Under the pieces are notes generated by a model, which ran no database searches, was not told the origin of the DNA, and was given only the letters and a program-made list of their open reading frames with translations. From Octopus vulgaris (lineage: Eukaryota): a stretch of DNA of 64,000 nt. Made by a program: the position numbers and the translations under genes. Where the stretch lies: positions 45,260,001-45,324,000 of the forward strand of contig OX597831.1 in NCBI GenBank assembly GCA_951406725.2, written 5' to 3'. Positions within the stretch are counted from its first letter, which is position 1; every line of letters begins with the position of its first letter. This document shows positions 1 through 12,580 of the stretch, one piece after another.

Positions 1-245
1 AGTTTAAACAGATTATTGTTGTTAAATGAAATTATTATATTTTTAACAGCACAAAAATCTGATCTTGCTGCTCTTTTTCAAAATGATTTATGGCTTTCAA
101 ATTTATGCTATTTGTCAGATATTTTTGAGAAACTAAATGATCTCAGCTCGTCTCTTCAAGGAAAGAAAAGCGATATATTTATTTTGAATGATAAAATTGA
201 GGGCTTTATTAAAAAGATCAACATTTGGAAGAATAGGGTCTGTCA
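1..245 (+). mobile_element. hAT (Buster/Charlie, GTF2IRD2/ZBED5-like) transposase remnant
   Basis: ORF 16-285 reads EIIIFL...WLSNLCYLSDIFEKLNDLSSSLQGKK..IFILNDKIEGFIKKINIWK, typical of Buster-type transposases. Confidence 0.85.
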
Positions 246-284
246 AAGTGAGAATGTTTTCATTCTGCCTTGCATACTTGCATA

Positions 285-1150
285 AACAATATCAAGTTGA
301 GCAAACATATCTATCAAATACTCTGGCTTAGAAATCTAAAAGTTCACATCAAAGATATTCAGAAAATCATTCATGCTTTTTTTTCCCCCCCAAAAAAAAA
401 TGTAATGAATTCTTTCTACAGTTCATGTGTGCAACATAGAACCTTGCTTTTTGAAAGCCATCTAACTTCTGTGTATAAAAGAAATTGCACATGCTGAGAT
501 TGATTTCAATAAATCTCTTCAAATATTCATGTCTTAATGGTCTGCTTATAAAATAATTAACCATTTTGTTTAATATCTTCTTTAATTCAACTTGTGATGT
601 TTTTAAAACAAGTATCCCCTTTTGTAAAGATAGTGGGTATATCCGAGATTTGGATTTTGCTTTTCTTATATTGGTATAAAAAAATTTAAAAGAGCCTACT
701 ATACATAGTGCCCTGTAAGTATACTGGGTATTCCAACAAATGGTAAATTCTATTTTTTGAGAGGTAGACATTTAAAATATCAAAAATGTCAAAAAATACC
801 TCTTGTAATAATGGACATTTTCTTGCAATGTAAAAATTATTAATGATCTCATTATGATTAATAAAGCAATTAATTGTGCTTCATTACTTATATCAATATA
901 TTCATCAGCTTGTAATACAAATTTTGTGTTCCTCAGTTAATTTCATACATTTTTCTCGATGTTCTTCAGAATCAAAATTCTCCAGTAAATTGTATAATCT
1001 GAGAATGAAATTTTGCTCTGAGTCATCTTAGTCCATCATTCTACAAGTAGGCAGGGTAATTGGCTCGGGTAGAGGATGTAATTTCAGTCCTCTCAATTAA
1101 AGTAACTTGTGCCTTTTCAAAAGCTTAATATTTTCTGCAAAATACATTTA
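285..1150 (-). mobile_element. Second degenerate hAT (Buster-like) transposase fragment, opposite orientation
   Basis: Frameshifted minus-strand pieces: FVLQADEYIDISNEAQLIA (DEsTD motif), KMVNYFISRPL, LLYTEVRWLSKSKVL (TEVRWLS motif). Confidence 0.75.
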
Positions 1151-2028
1151 CTTGGATTATTACTCAAAGAGTCTTTTGAAATAACTCAGATCTCTATCGT
1201 GAAGATATTAATACTTAATAGCAAATTACCACTTCAACCTGTCTGAGATTGTTCCTGGTTCTATGATACAAACTTCCTGTTTTAAAGCAGTTTAAAACCT
1301 TTTATCGATGTTAATTCATGTCCCTTCTTGTTAATTTGTGTCCTAAACAACAGCTTAATAATAGTTTCAAATTTTGCCACAAGGCCAGCAGTTTGGAGGG
1401 AATGGGTAAGTGAATTACACTGCCCCTAATGCTTAACTGGTACTTATTTTATTGATCCCAAAAGGATGAAAGACAAAGTCAACATCAGAGGAATTTGAAC
1501 TCAGAACTTATATACAGACAAAAAGCTGCTAAACATTTTGCCCAGCATGCTAACAATTTTACCAACTTGTTGTCTTCCAACTGATTAATAATAATACTTA
1601 TTTCACTAAGTTCTTTTTCAAAATTAATTAAAACAAGAGCAGTGTATTTTAACAGCAATAAGGTATGAAAATCTACTGGGTACCATGCCTTTGTACATCC
1701 TCTCATTACAAACAGCACGTGATGGGATGGGTTAATCAACCTTTCCAGTTGAATTAAACCCTTGATTTAATTTAAATTTCACAATACTGTTGATTGTAGT
1801 GAACTTTCACCTTATTTTCGTTAGGTAATTTTTAGTGAATGTTCACTCTCTTATTTACAATCCTCATTATTATGTTTTCCAAGGCTTTGTTAGGCAACAC
1901 CTTCCCAAGGTGCCACACACTTAGATTGAACCCAAAATCATGTAATTGTGAAGTATGTCTACTAAGAAACACAGAATATTAAAAAAAAAGGGGAAGAAAC
2001 TGTCTGTAAGCACTTACCTATTATGAGG

Positions 2029-2581
2029 CGAAGATTGTTTGCCAATATAACACGGCAGTCCTGGTTTAGGACTAATGTTGCTGTAATTTAGCCTCAGAAG
2101 ACATCATCTTCAGCTGACTATACAATACGATCTGAGTCCTTATACTTTCGAACAAGGGAATCCAGCATCCCCATTCAGCTCAAAACAATATCTGTGTATC
2201 GCGATTGTGAGATTTAGAAATAGTAATTTTCTGATTTATAAACCAGTGACTAGTTGTCTTTGAAAACTATATATATCGAATGGGAATTTGGCAGTGCCAC
2301 CTAAAGCTGAGCAATTATTCTGTGCTGATGAAGGGAAATAACCTAGAAATCACAATACACAGATATTGTTTTGAGCTGAGTGGGGGTGCTATATTCCCTT
2401 GTTTGAAAGTACAAGGACACAGATCATGTCATATAGCCAGCTGGAGACGATGTCTCCTGGGGCTAAATTACAGCAACATTAGTCCTAAACCAGGACTGCC
2501 ATGTTATGTTGGCAAGCAATCTTTGTTACAAAGTACTGTTGCTGAATATCTTAGGTTGTGAGATTTAGAAATAGTAATTTT
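2029..2581 (+). mobile_element. Non-autonomous Penelope-type/retrozyme-like insertion with hammerhead motif and inverted 5' duplication
   Basis: 11-bp TSD ctattatgagg (2018-2028, 2582-2592). Inverted arms about 2031-2206 and 2348-2524. 28-bp terminal direct repeat (2205-2232, 2556-2583). HHR motif at 2319-2363. Confidence 0.7.
2319..2363 (+). ncRNA. Minimal type I hammerhead ribozyme motif (degenerate stem III in this copy)
   Basis: tctgtg-CTGATGA-agggaaataaccta-GAAA-tcacaa-TA-cacaga. Stem I is 6 bp. The inverted copy at 2191-2206 preserves a palindromic TCGCGA stem III. Confidence 0.6.
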
Positions 2582-2615
2582 CTATTATGAGGAAGTTTAA
2601 ATTTACCAGAATTAA

Positions 2616-3100
2616 CCCTTTAGCATTTAAACCAGCCATATCTGGTTTATTCTACTTGCTTTATGTTCAAACTGAGCAGATCTTGCTTCTCACACCTACA
2701 CAACAATGTCATTCTAAACATAAGCGACCGCATCATCAAAATCTCAAAGCTATGAGATGAAGGCAAGGTTACCTTCTTGAGCCATATTGGTTGATAACAG
2801 TCAGTTTCCTGGTTTCCATGGCATATATATTCTCCACCTGGACAGGACGCTGGTCTGTCACAGGATTACTCATTTTTGCCAACTGAGTGGACTACAGCAA
2901 TGTGAAATGAAGTGTTTTGCTCAAGAACACAACGTGTCACCCGGTCCAGGAATCGAAACCACAATGTCATGATAATGAGTCCAACACCCTAACCACTAAG
3001 CCACGCACCTCCACAAAGCTATGAGATATCATATGCTTAACTCAAAACAATGTGAATAAATAAGCATTACATTTGAGAGAGTAATCTGAATGCTAAAGGG
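2616..3100. mobile_element. piggyBac-type MITE with a nested SINE
   Basis: TTAA|CCCTTTAGCATT ... AATGCTAAAGGG|TTAA. Related partial copies near 13105-13845, 26610-26740, 34915-35870, 36186-36540 and 60305-60430. Confidence 0.85.
2759..3013 (-). mobile_element. tRNA-derived SINE (family E) inserted in the MITE
   Basis: A/B-box head (tggcttagtgg...tcgattcc on the minus strand). 14-bp TSD caaagctatgagat (2745-2758, 3014-3027). Confidence 0.85.
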
Positions 3101-3614
3101 TTAAGTAATATAGCTGGGGAGGTAGGGGGTGTGTGACAGGCCCCCAAGCAGTGCTTTTAAGAGGGTGGCACTTTTGGGTCTACTGTATAAGTCTGAATAG
3201 GCTTTGGGGAGACAACAAAATCAAGGGCTACACTAGAGAGCTTACACTCAAGCTGCACCACTGTCAGAGGCTCTATATTTGCCGAAATTTCTTTGGAAAT
3301 ATTCATGATAGGCAACATCTCAAGTATTTTCTTAGAGATCTGCAACAAGAGTTTGTGTCCCTTGTTCTGAAGCTGTCTCTGAAGCATATTTGATCCTCGA
3401 CACTCAGAGTGACACATTAACATTTACAATTTCACGTTTGGTGTCTTTGTTAAAGAAGCGGCAGTGGTTACCTTTGCAGTCAGAGTAATTTGATGTTTGT
3501 ATGCATGTGCGTGTGTATATACATGGACTCTAGTGCCATAGATAATAGAGGAAGGGTCTGCAAATTCTTATTGAACAACCAAAACAGATGATATATTTAT
3601 AATGATCTAATATA

Positions 3615-3779
3615 GGCATAGGAGTGGGTGTGTGGTAAGTAGGTTGCTTACCAACCACATGGTTCCGGGTTCAGTCCCACTGCGTGGCACCTTGGGCAAG
3701 TGTCTTCTTCTATAGCCTCGGGCCAACCAAAGCCTTGTGAGTGGATTTGGTAGATGGAAACTGAAAGAAGCCCATCGTA

Positions 3780-3820
<41 letters not shown>

Positions 3821-4060
3821 GTATATGTATGTATGTATGTATGTGTGTGTGTATGTTTGTGTCTGTGTTTGTACCCCCAACATCGCTTGACAACCGATGC
3901 TGGTGTGTTTACGTCCCCGTAACTTAGCAGTTCAGCAACAGAGACCGATAGAATAAGTACTAGGCTTACAGAAAATAAGTCGGGGTCAATTTGCTCAACT
4001 AAAGGTGGTACTCCAGCATGGCCACAGTCAAATGACTGAAGCAAGTAAAAGAATAAAAGA
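3615..4060 (+). mobile_element. tRNA-derived SINE family A (octopus-type, internal (TA)n/(TG)n)
   Basis: Head GGAGTGGCTGTGTGGTAAG..GGTTCAGTCCC, tail GACTGAAACAAGTAAAAGA. More than 15 full or partial copies in the window. Confidence 0.85.
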
Positions 4061-4785
4061 ATATATATATATATATATATATGTATGTATCCACACACGC
4101 TCATGTATTTAATAATGCACCAAAGTGAAGGTGTACATGTATATGTGTGTGAGTGGGGTGCATGTATTTGGAGAGAGAGAGAGAGATAGGCAGATAGACA
4201 TGCAAAACCAGCAAACAGTCTGTTGACAAAGGAAATGACATCACAGCTTGTAGCTCAGTAATTTTCAGAAAGTATGAATGTAAACACATGCACCCCACCC
4301 CCAATACACATACAAATACCTACAAAAGTGTGTCCTCTCCTCTCTGACTTTGTTTCTTCTTAAAAATGGGCAGTTTAAAATGAAATTTTCTACAAATACC
4401 AGTCAGAGGGAGTGCATTAAGATTATATCAGAGTTTAATATGGAGGAAAAAAAAATTGGTGGGCACACACACACACATATCTCCACACACCACAGATATA
4501 ACTACAAAATGAAACGAAGTTTTGAAAAAAATTATGTAATGTATATCAATATGTATGTGTGAGCATCTATCGATTTTCCTTCTTTTTTTTCTTTTTTTCT
4601 CATATCAAATTCTGATACGATTATAATCTACAATGTCTGAAAGGTACTTGTAGAAAATTTCATTTTCCTAAAAGTTATGAGGAAATAAAGTTAGGGATTG
4701 GGAACTTGTGTAGGTAGGTGGGTGGGCGTGCGCATGTATGTGTATACACACACACACACATGTGTCTGTGTGCGTGTGTGTGTGG

Positions 4786-5101
4786 GGCACGTAAAAAGCA
4801 CCATCCGATCATGGCCATTGCCAGCCTCGCCTGGCTCCCGTGCCGGTGGTACGTAAAAAGCACCATCCAACCGTGGCCATTTGCCAGCCCCGTCTGGCAC
4901 CTGTGCTGGTGGCACATAAAAAGCACCCACTACACTCTCGGAGTGGTTGGCGTTAGGAAGGGCATCCAGCCGTAGAAACATTGCCAGATCAGACTGGGCC
5001 TGGTGCAGCCTTCTGGCTTCCCAGACCCCAGTTGAACCGTCCAACCCATGCTAGCATGGAAAGCGGACGCTAAATGATGATGATGATGATGATGATGATG
5101 A
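4786..5101 (+). mobile_element. Repeat family C (SINE/RTE-like 3' end with (GAT)n tail)
   Basis: GAGTGGTTGGCGTTAGGAAGGGCATCCAGC...CCATGCTAGCATGGAAAGCGGACG followed by (GAT)n. More than 10 copies in the window. Confidence 0.8.
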
Positions 5102-5403
5102 TATATATATACATATATGTGTAGGAGTGGCTGTGTGATAAGTAGCTTGCTTCCCAACCAGATGGTTTCCTAAAAGTTACGAGGAAACAAAATTCCGGGT
5201 TCTGTACCACTGCGTGGCACTTTGGGTAAGTGTCTTCTACTATAGCCTCAGGCCAACCAAAACCTTGCGAGTGTATCTGGTAGGCGGATATAAGTATTTG
5301 TGTCTGTGTTTGTCCCCCCCACCATCACTTGACAACCGATGTTGGTGTGTTTTTGTTCTCGTAAAGAGACCAATAGAATAAGTACTAGGCTTACAAAGAA
5401 TAA

Positions 5404-5798
5404 CATTATTTACATTATTTACATTTGATGGATATTTGTCCTCATCTTGTTTGTTGTTAACACAACGTTTCAGCTGATATACCCTCCAGCCTTCATCGGG
5501 TGCCTTGGGGAAATTTCGAACCACGGGCATATGGCATAGTGGTTAAGAGCACAAGCTACTAACCCCAAGATTCCCAGTTCAATTCCAACCACTGACCTGA
5601 ACAATAATAATAACATCGAAAAATACCTTAGGAATGAGAACCCAGGCTCAAAATTTCCCCAAGACACCTGATCAAGGCTGAAGGGTATATCAGCTGAAAT
5701 GTTGTGTTAATAACAAACAAGATGAAGACAGATATCCCTCAAATGTAAATAGTGTAAAGAATGTACATAATTCCTAGTCTCTCAAATATAGAACTGTA
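5404..5798 (+). mobile_element. tRNA-headed, hammerhead-containing retroelement with inverted 5' duplication
   Basis: 13-bp TSD ttacaaagaataa (5391-5403, 5799-5811). tRNA-like head at 5525-5597 (A box 5532-5542, B box 5577-5586). HHR at 5663-5708 (+) and an inverted copy at 5459-5503 (-). Confidence 0.75.
5663..5708 (+). ncRNA. Minimal hammerhead ribozyme motif
   Basis: gacac-CTGATCA-a-ggctg-(loop)-cagct-GAAA-tg-TT-gtgtt. The inverted copy reads gcac-CCGATGA-...-GAAA-cg-TT-gtgtt. The two copies together give the canonical CUGAUGA/GAAA core. Confidence 0.65.
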
Positions 5799-5938
5799 TT
5801 ACAAAGAATAAGTTCTGGGGTCAATCTGTTCGATGAAAGGCGGTACTCCAGCATAGCTGCACTCAGATGACTGAAACAAGTAAAAGAATAAAAGAAATAA
5901 TATATATATATGTATATATTCATAGTATATATATATTC

Positions 5939-6097
5939 AGGAGTGGCTGTGTGGTAAGTAGCTTGCTTACCAACCACATGGTTCTGGGTTCAGTCCCACT
6001 GCGTGGCACCTTGGGCAAGTGTCTTCTACTATATCCTCGGGCCTACCAAAGCCTTGTGAGTGGATTTGGTAGACGGAAACTGAAAGAAGCCCATCGT
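5939..6097 (+). mobile_element. SINE family A, 5' part
   Basis: Same head as the 3615 copy, ending in (TA)n. Confidence 0.8.
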
Positions 6098-6098
6098 A

Positions 6099-6138
<40 letters not shown>

Positions 6139-6500
6139 AACCCTATGAGTATTTAGCGCCAAGGTTCAAATCACGCATTATGTTGAATAGTACATTATTG
6201 GTATACTCTAGGATAATTGGCCATTGTATGTTGTAATTCATTTGTTTACATATATAGATATACATATGTAATCAAATGATTACATAGGTATATAGGAGGA
6301 GGTAACAATCATGGACCGCACCCCCTTTGGGATTTTTTTTTTTACAGGAACACACTATATCAAGGGCGGAGATTCTGAATTCAAAACAGTTAATTCTTTA
6401 CAAACAATACACAATGTTTCAAGCGAACTACAATAGTCTCCTATATATATATGTATATATATACATTACATATATATATGTGTGTGTGTGTGTGTGTGTT

Positions 6501-6778
6501 CCTTCTCAAGCCACACCTGGCTCATAAAGGCCGGTTTCCCGGTTTCCTTGGCGTATAGGTTCCCCAGCTGGACAGGACGTCTGTCCGTCGCAGGTGAGCT
6601 GCTAGATGCAGGAGGAAAGAGTGAGAGAAAGTTGTGGCGAAAGATTCAGCAGAAGTTTGCCATTACCTTCTGCCGGAGGCGTGTGGAGCTTAGGTGCTTC
6701 ACTCATAAACACTCACATCGCCTAGTCTGAGATCTGAACCCGCGATCCCTCAACCGCGAGTCCAATGCCCTAACCACT
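6501..6778 (-). mobile_element. tRNA-derived SINE family D
   Basis: Reverse complement of the 14355-14650 copy. Confidence 0.8.
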
Positions 6779-6910
6779 ATATATATATATATATAACGTG
6801 TGTGTGTGTATATATATATATATATAGAAGTACAGGTGAAGACATATAAATCTCAGAGCGAGAGAAATATCCAAGATTAGACTGGTTGAATATCTTATTA
6901 TATAAGCACA

Positions 6911-6962
<52 letters not shown>

Positions 6963-7215
6963 TACAAAATGAGAAAATGGAGAAACAAACCTAAATCAAT
7001 CATCAACCATCAGATAATACCCAATCAATACTTTATTAAACCATTACACAACAGCAATGACATTATACATAATATATTATAAATACAACTAGACATAGAA
7101 ATAGAAATAGAAAATACAATTACATTGTAGCTGACAGCTGTTTCATATATTATTGCCAATGTATTAATGAATTTTTATTAATCCTATCTCCATATATACC
7201 ATTATCATCATCATC

Positions 7216-7270
<55 letters not shown>

Positions 7271-7464
7271 TATGTATATACATGATGGGTGCCTTTAGTG
7301 CCAAGCAGTGCAGTGGAACTGAACCCAGAACCATGTAGTTGGGATCATTTGGCATGAAAATACGTAGTTTGAATCCCGCGACAGGATCTCTTCTTAGAGT
7401 ACGACTTATGATGTCTTGTATTATATATGTAATTTGAAATATGTATACACACACACACACTCAC

Positions 7465-7495
<31 letters not shown>

Positions 7496-7506
7496 TGTAT
7501 GTATGT

Positions 7507-7546
<40 letters not shown>

Positions 7547-7949
7547 GTAGATAGATAGATAGGTAGGTAGGTAGGTAGGTAGGTAGGTAGGTAGATATGG
7601 TGTGTTTACGTCCCCGTAAACAAGCGGTTCGGCAAAAGAGTGCGATAAAATAAGTACTAGGCTTTCAATGAAACAGTCCTGGGGTCGATTTGTTCGACTA
7701 AAGGCGGTGCTCCAGTCTGGCCGCAGTCAAATTACGGAAACAAGTAAAACGGTATATATATATATATATAGGCATGTTGGCGTAAACAAAAGTAAAACTC
7801 TTAATATGAGTATATGTATATTTATATATAAGAGGGAGTTATGAAAAAAAAGAACCGCATTCCTTTAATTTTTCAGCTCTTTATGGTAGAATCCTACAGC
7901 ACGTAACTTACCCCTCCTTGGCAGTTTTAACCTTCTGGATCTTAACGTA

Positions 7950-8403
7950 TCCCTTGATCCAAAACTACACTTCTGTCACTGTACACACGCGCGGGCACAT
8001 GTATATTCGCATGCATCTACGTTTAATGCATATTAAAATGTTTGTTATTCGATTAATCTATCTTAACCTGGGGAAGCTAACGCGTTAATTTTTTATGTCT
8101 CTCTTATATCATACTATCTCCAATCTAGCAGAGAACCCACCGCTTGGTCACCTTCTGCAAAACAATCATGGACAATGTTTAAAGATTTTTTTCAAACTTA
8201 CCTTCAAAGCTGAACTTTCCTTCGTTAACGATCACACATCCAATGAAACAAACGTGGTAAATATTATTAAGAAAGAGAACTTTCTGAAAGTTGTCATCTG
8301 TAGTTCGTTGACAGCGGTTGTCAACAGCAAAACTATATTTAAACTACTTACGAGCAGTTATGCCTATTTTTTTCTCCCACTACTAATAACTGCTGTCTGT
8401 GTC

Positions 8404-8438
<35 letters not shown>

Positions 8439-8520
8439 GAATATAAAAACTTTCTCTCGCCTCTACCACTCCCTGCGACTAAATTATTGCAATTATTTCC
8501 TTCGTCCCATGCTTTAAAAA
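7950..8520 (-). promoter_or_regulatory. Possible promoter or non-coding first exon of a minus-strand gene continuing left of the window
   Basis: Unique sequence, relatively CpG-rich. Strong donor sites AAG|gtaagt (8196-8204) and CTC|gtaagt (8346-8354) on the minus strand. No recognisable protein. Confidence 0.3.
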
Positions 8521-8610
8521 GTTAAATGTAAGGATGGGAGAATGTAAATATGTCCTTCAGGAAAGATGAAGTCCGGATAAAAATTTTTTCCCCTTTTTCT
8601 TTTTATTTGT

Positions 8611-8735
8611 TTCTTCTTCTTCTTCTTCTTCTTCTTCTTCTTCTTCTTCTTCTTCTTCTTCTTCTTCTTCTTCTTCTCCTTCTTCTTCTTCTTCTTCTTC
8701 TCCTTCTCCTTCTTCTTCTACTTCTTCTTCTTCTT
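8611..8735. repeat. (CTT)n microsatellite
   Basis: Direct reading. Confidence 0.97.
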
Positions 8736-9014
8736 CACCACGCTCTCTATTACTGTTGATGATTTTTTTTCCTGAGTGCTGGTACTGTGTTTGCTGTTGT
8801 TATGGTTATTGTTGCTGTTGTTGTTGTTGTAAATGCTATTGTTTATTGAAATTACCTCCCCCACCTACATTTCCGTTTACTTAAACAATCTGAAAGTTTG
8901 ATGATAAACACTTTTATCAGATTACATACGCAATTATGGAGAGGCGATGCTATAAACCCAATTATATATTGGAAGCAGTTATATGATTGGTGGGGCCACC
9001 TAATTAAAGATAGG

Positions 9015-9575
<561 letters not shown>

Positions 9576-9769
9576 GAAGAAATGGAAAAAGATGAGGGGG
9601 TAACAGAAGGAGACAGATACACCCTTTATAATATGATGGGAATCATGGTAATTACTTAGCTTAATTAGAAAATTGAGCTGAAACTAATTACATCCACTTC
9701 TGAAAGAGGTTGTCATTATCATCACCATTGAACGTTTACATGGGTTGAAGGAATCTGGCATACACTATA

Positions 9770-10188
9770 CTTATTTCTTTATTGCCCACAAGGGGCTAAA
9801 TATAGAAGGGACAAACAAGGACAGACAAATGGATTAAGTCGATTACATCGACCCCATTGCATAACTGGTACTTAATTTATCGACCCCGAAAGGATAAAAG
9901 GCAAAGTCGACCTCGGCAGAATTTGAACTCAGAACGTAACAGCAGACGAAATACCTAGTTCTTTACAACTGACAAGGGGCTAAACACAGAGGGGACAAAC
10001 AAGGACAGACAAACAGATCAAGTCGATTACATCGACCCCAGTGTATAACTGGTACTTAATTTATCGACCCCGAAAGGATGAAAGTCATAGTCAACCTCGA
10101 CGGAATTTGAACTCAGAACGTAACAGCAGATGAAATACCGCTGAGCATTTTGCCTGGAGTGCTAAAGTTTCTGCCAGCTCGCCGCCTT
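9770..10188 (-). mobile_element. tRNA-derived SINE family B (CORE-like), partial tandem dimer
   Basis: Two consecutive units (about 9770-9955 and 9956-10188) with GAGTTCAAATTCCGCCGAGGTCGACTTTGCCTTTCATCC..GATAAATTAAGTACCAG on the minus strand. Confidence 0.8.
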
Positions 10189-10766
10189 CATACACCTGAC
10201 ATATGCTATGCAATTAATCACCTTGGTCTTTTCTCATCTCATGTGCATGGGCCCAGGAACAGGAGGTGCAAGCACATCCCCTAAATTGTGTGTGTGTGGT
10301 GGGTTGTGTGTGCAAAATCAGAATTTTATACCCCTACTTATTCTTCTCAGGTTTTCTAAAAAAACAGTGCATACAAGGTAATCTGTAAAACGGAGCTTGA
10401 AGTTATGTCTCTTGTCAAAGAACAAAGGAACAAATATAAATTTGGAAAGAACAATGAAACCTTTGTATTGTTATATTTTGGGATGGTCTTTTCCTTATTT
10501 TGTCAAATAAACACATGCACTATATATTTGTTTATCACTTGTTTATTATTGTTCTTATTTTATGTCCCTTTCCTGGAAATATTTTGTCCATCCAATGGAC
10601 TAAACAGGACAGGAGGAGACACGCAGGATGAAGAGTTACTGAAGAGGTCGCAAATATGTAATGAAAGGTTTCCGGACAATGGACATGAGTTACAATAAGA
10701 ACAGTGATAAACAAGTGAAGAATGAGTATGCAGAGCATTTAAGTGGCAAAAAAAAAAAAAATCACC

Positions 10767-11170
10767 AGGAGTGGCTGTGTGGTAAGTAGGTTGCTTACCA
10801 ACCACATGGTTCCAGGTTCAGTCCCACTGTATCGCACCTTGGGCAAGTGTCTTCTGCTATAGCCTCGGGCCGACCAAAGCCTTGTGAGTGGATTTGGTAG
10901 ATGGAAACTGAAAGAAGCCTGTTGTATATATGTATATATATGTATGTGTGTGTGTATATATTTGTGTGTCTATGTTTGTCCCCCCAACATCGCTCGACAA
11001 CTGATGCTGGTGTGTTTACGTTCCCGTAACTTAGCAGTTTGGCAAAAGAGACCGATAGAATAAGTACTAGGCTTCCAACGAATAAGTCCTGGGGTCGATT
11101 TGCTCAACTAAAAGCAGTGCTCCAGCATGGCTGCAGTCAAATGACTGAAACGAGTAAAAGAACAAAAGAA
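10767..11170 (+). mobile_element. SINE family A, full length
   Basis: Matches the 3615-4060 copy. Confidence 0.85.
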
Positions 11171-11639
11171 TCCTAAAATATAACAATATCTGTTCCAACT
11201 CAAGACTTCACATCAGGAATTTTGCTAAATAAATAAGAAAAACTTAGTTTGCAAAAAATTTTGGACCTGGGTTTGCACCCCTAGCCAAATTTCATTTTTG
11301 AGCCAGTGCTCATGTGTAAGGGCTGACATCCTGCTATTGGATACCATCACTTTTTTAACATGCCTTTAGTTCATGCCAACCACTGGTGTCCTCGACTAAT
11401 AGTACACAACACTTTCTCATCCATTTTTGACACATGTCAACACTTGTGCCGTTTTTCTTGATACCTCTCCCACACATTTCTGCTGTCTCCAATGTCCTAC
11501 CATTTTTTCAGCTTCCCTTGTGTCCTAACTACCAAAATAGGTCAACATAACGTTTCTTGCTGATCAAACGTACAACTTACTTGATTTCTCTCCAGCCCTC
11601 TCGAGATATGCTATCATTTACATTATTCCTTCTTTGGAC

Positions 11640-12238
11640 ACTAAACTCTGCTTGTGAAGACCTGTTGAGTCAAGTGAAATCAAAATCAAATTCGATGACT
11701 GGCATCCGTGCTAGCGGGGTGCAAAGAGCACCATACGAGTGTGCTTGTTGACAGAGCGGTTAACCGGCTTCCGTGCCAGTGGCACATAAAAGGCACTGTT
11801 TGAGTGTGATCATTACCAGCATCGCCTTACTGGCACTTGTGACCCATGCTAGTAGGGTGCTAAGAGCATCATCTGAGCATGATCATTGCCAGAGCGGCTA
11901 ATTGGCTTCTGTGCTGGTGGCACATAAAAGGTACCATCTGAGCGTGATCATTACCAGCATCGCCTTACTGGCACCTGTGCCGGTGGCATGTGTAAAAAGA
12001 TTCGAGCGAGGTCATTGCCAGTACTGCTTGACTGGCCCTCATGCCGGTGGCATGTAAAAGCACCCACTACACTCTCAAAGTGGTTGGCGTTAGGAAGGGC
12101 ATTGAGCTGTAGAAACTCTACCAGATCAAGATTGGAGCCTAGTGCAGCCATCTGGTTCGCCAGCCCTCAGTCATATCGTCCAACCCATGCCAGCATGGAA
12201 AGCGGATGTTAAACGATGATGATGATGATGATGATGAT
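11640..12238 (+). mobile_element. Repeat family C, long copy with internal tandem units
   Basis: Internal repeats (ggcacataaaagg..gagcgtgatcattaccagc) and a (GAT)n tail. Confidence 0.75.
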
Positions 12239-12254
12239 GTTATATATTTTGTTC

Positions 12255-12580
12255 AGGTGCATGGCTTAGTGGTTAGAGTATTTGGCTCACAATCATAAGG
12301 TCATAAGTTCAATACTTGACTGTACTTGGTAACCCTTGTGCAATACACTTTATTTGATGCTGCTCCAGTCTTCACAGCTGATAAAAATGTATAGCACCTG
12401 TATTTCAAAGGGCCAGCTTTGCCACATTCTGTATCACAATTAATCTCCCTGAGAACTACATTAAGGTTATGTGTGCTTATGGAGTAGCTCAACTGCTTGT
12501 ACTTTAACTTCAGGAGCAGGCTGTTCTGTTGATCGGATTGACTGGAACACTCACTTGTCACAGCTGGAGGTTTGCCTGTT
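12255..12580 (+). mobile_element. tRNA-derived SINE family E
   Basis: Head tggcttagtggttagag. Related to 31900-32200 and 45820-46060. Confidence 0.7.

Larger units (their letters stand above)
5123..5895 (+). mobile_element. SINE family A copy interrupted by the HHR element at 5404-5798
   Basis: The family A body resumes after the duplicated ttacaaagaataa. Confidence 0.8.

Noticed and set aside
3133-3422. Possible solo LTR (TG...CA after a purine-rich tract)
   Set aside because: No TSD, second LTR or clear PBS.
7126-7216. Half hammerhead (GAAACAGCTGTC on the minus strand, 7133-7144)
   Set aside because: The 5' core and stem I strand are missing; counted only as a PLE-like remnant.
8095-8517. 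140-aa plus-strand ORF
   Set aside because: No recognisable domain, includes an (AAT)n tract, and the splice signals favour the opposite strand.
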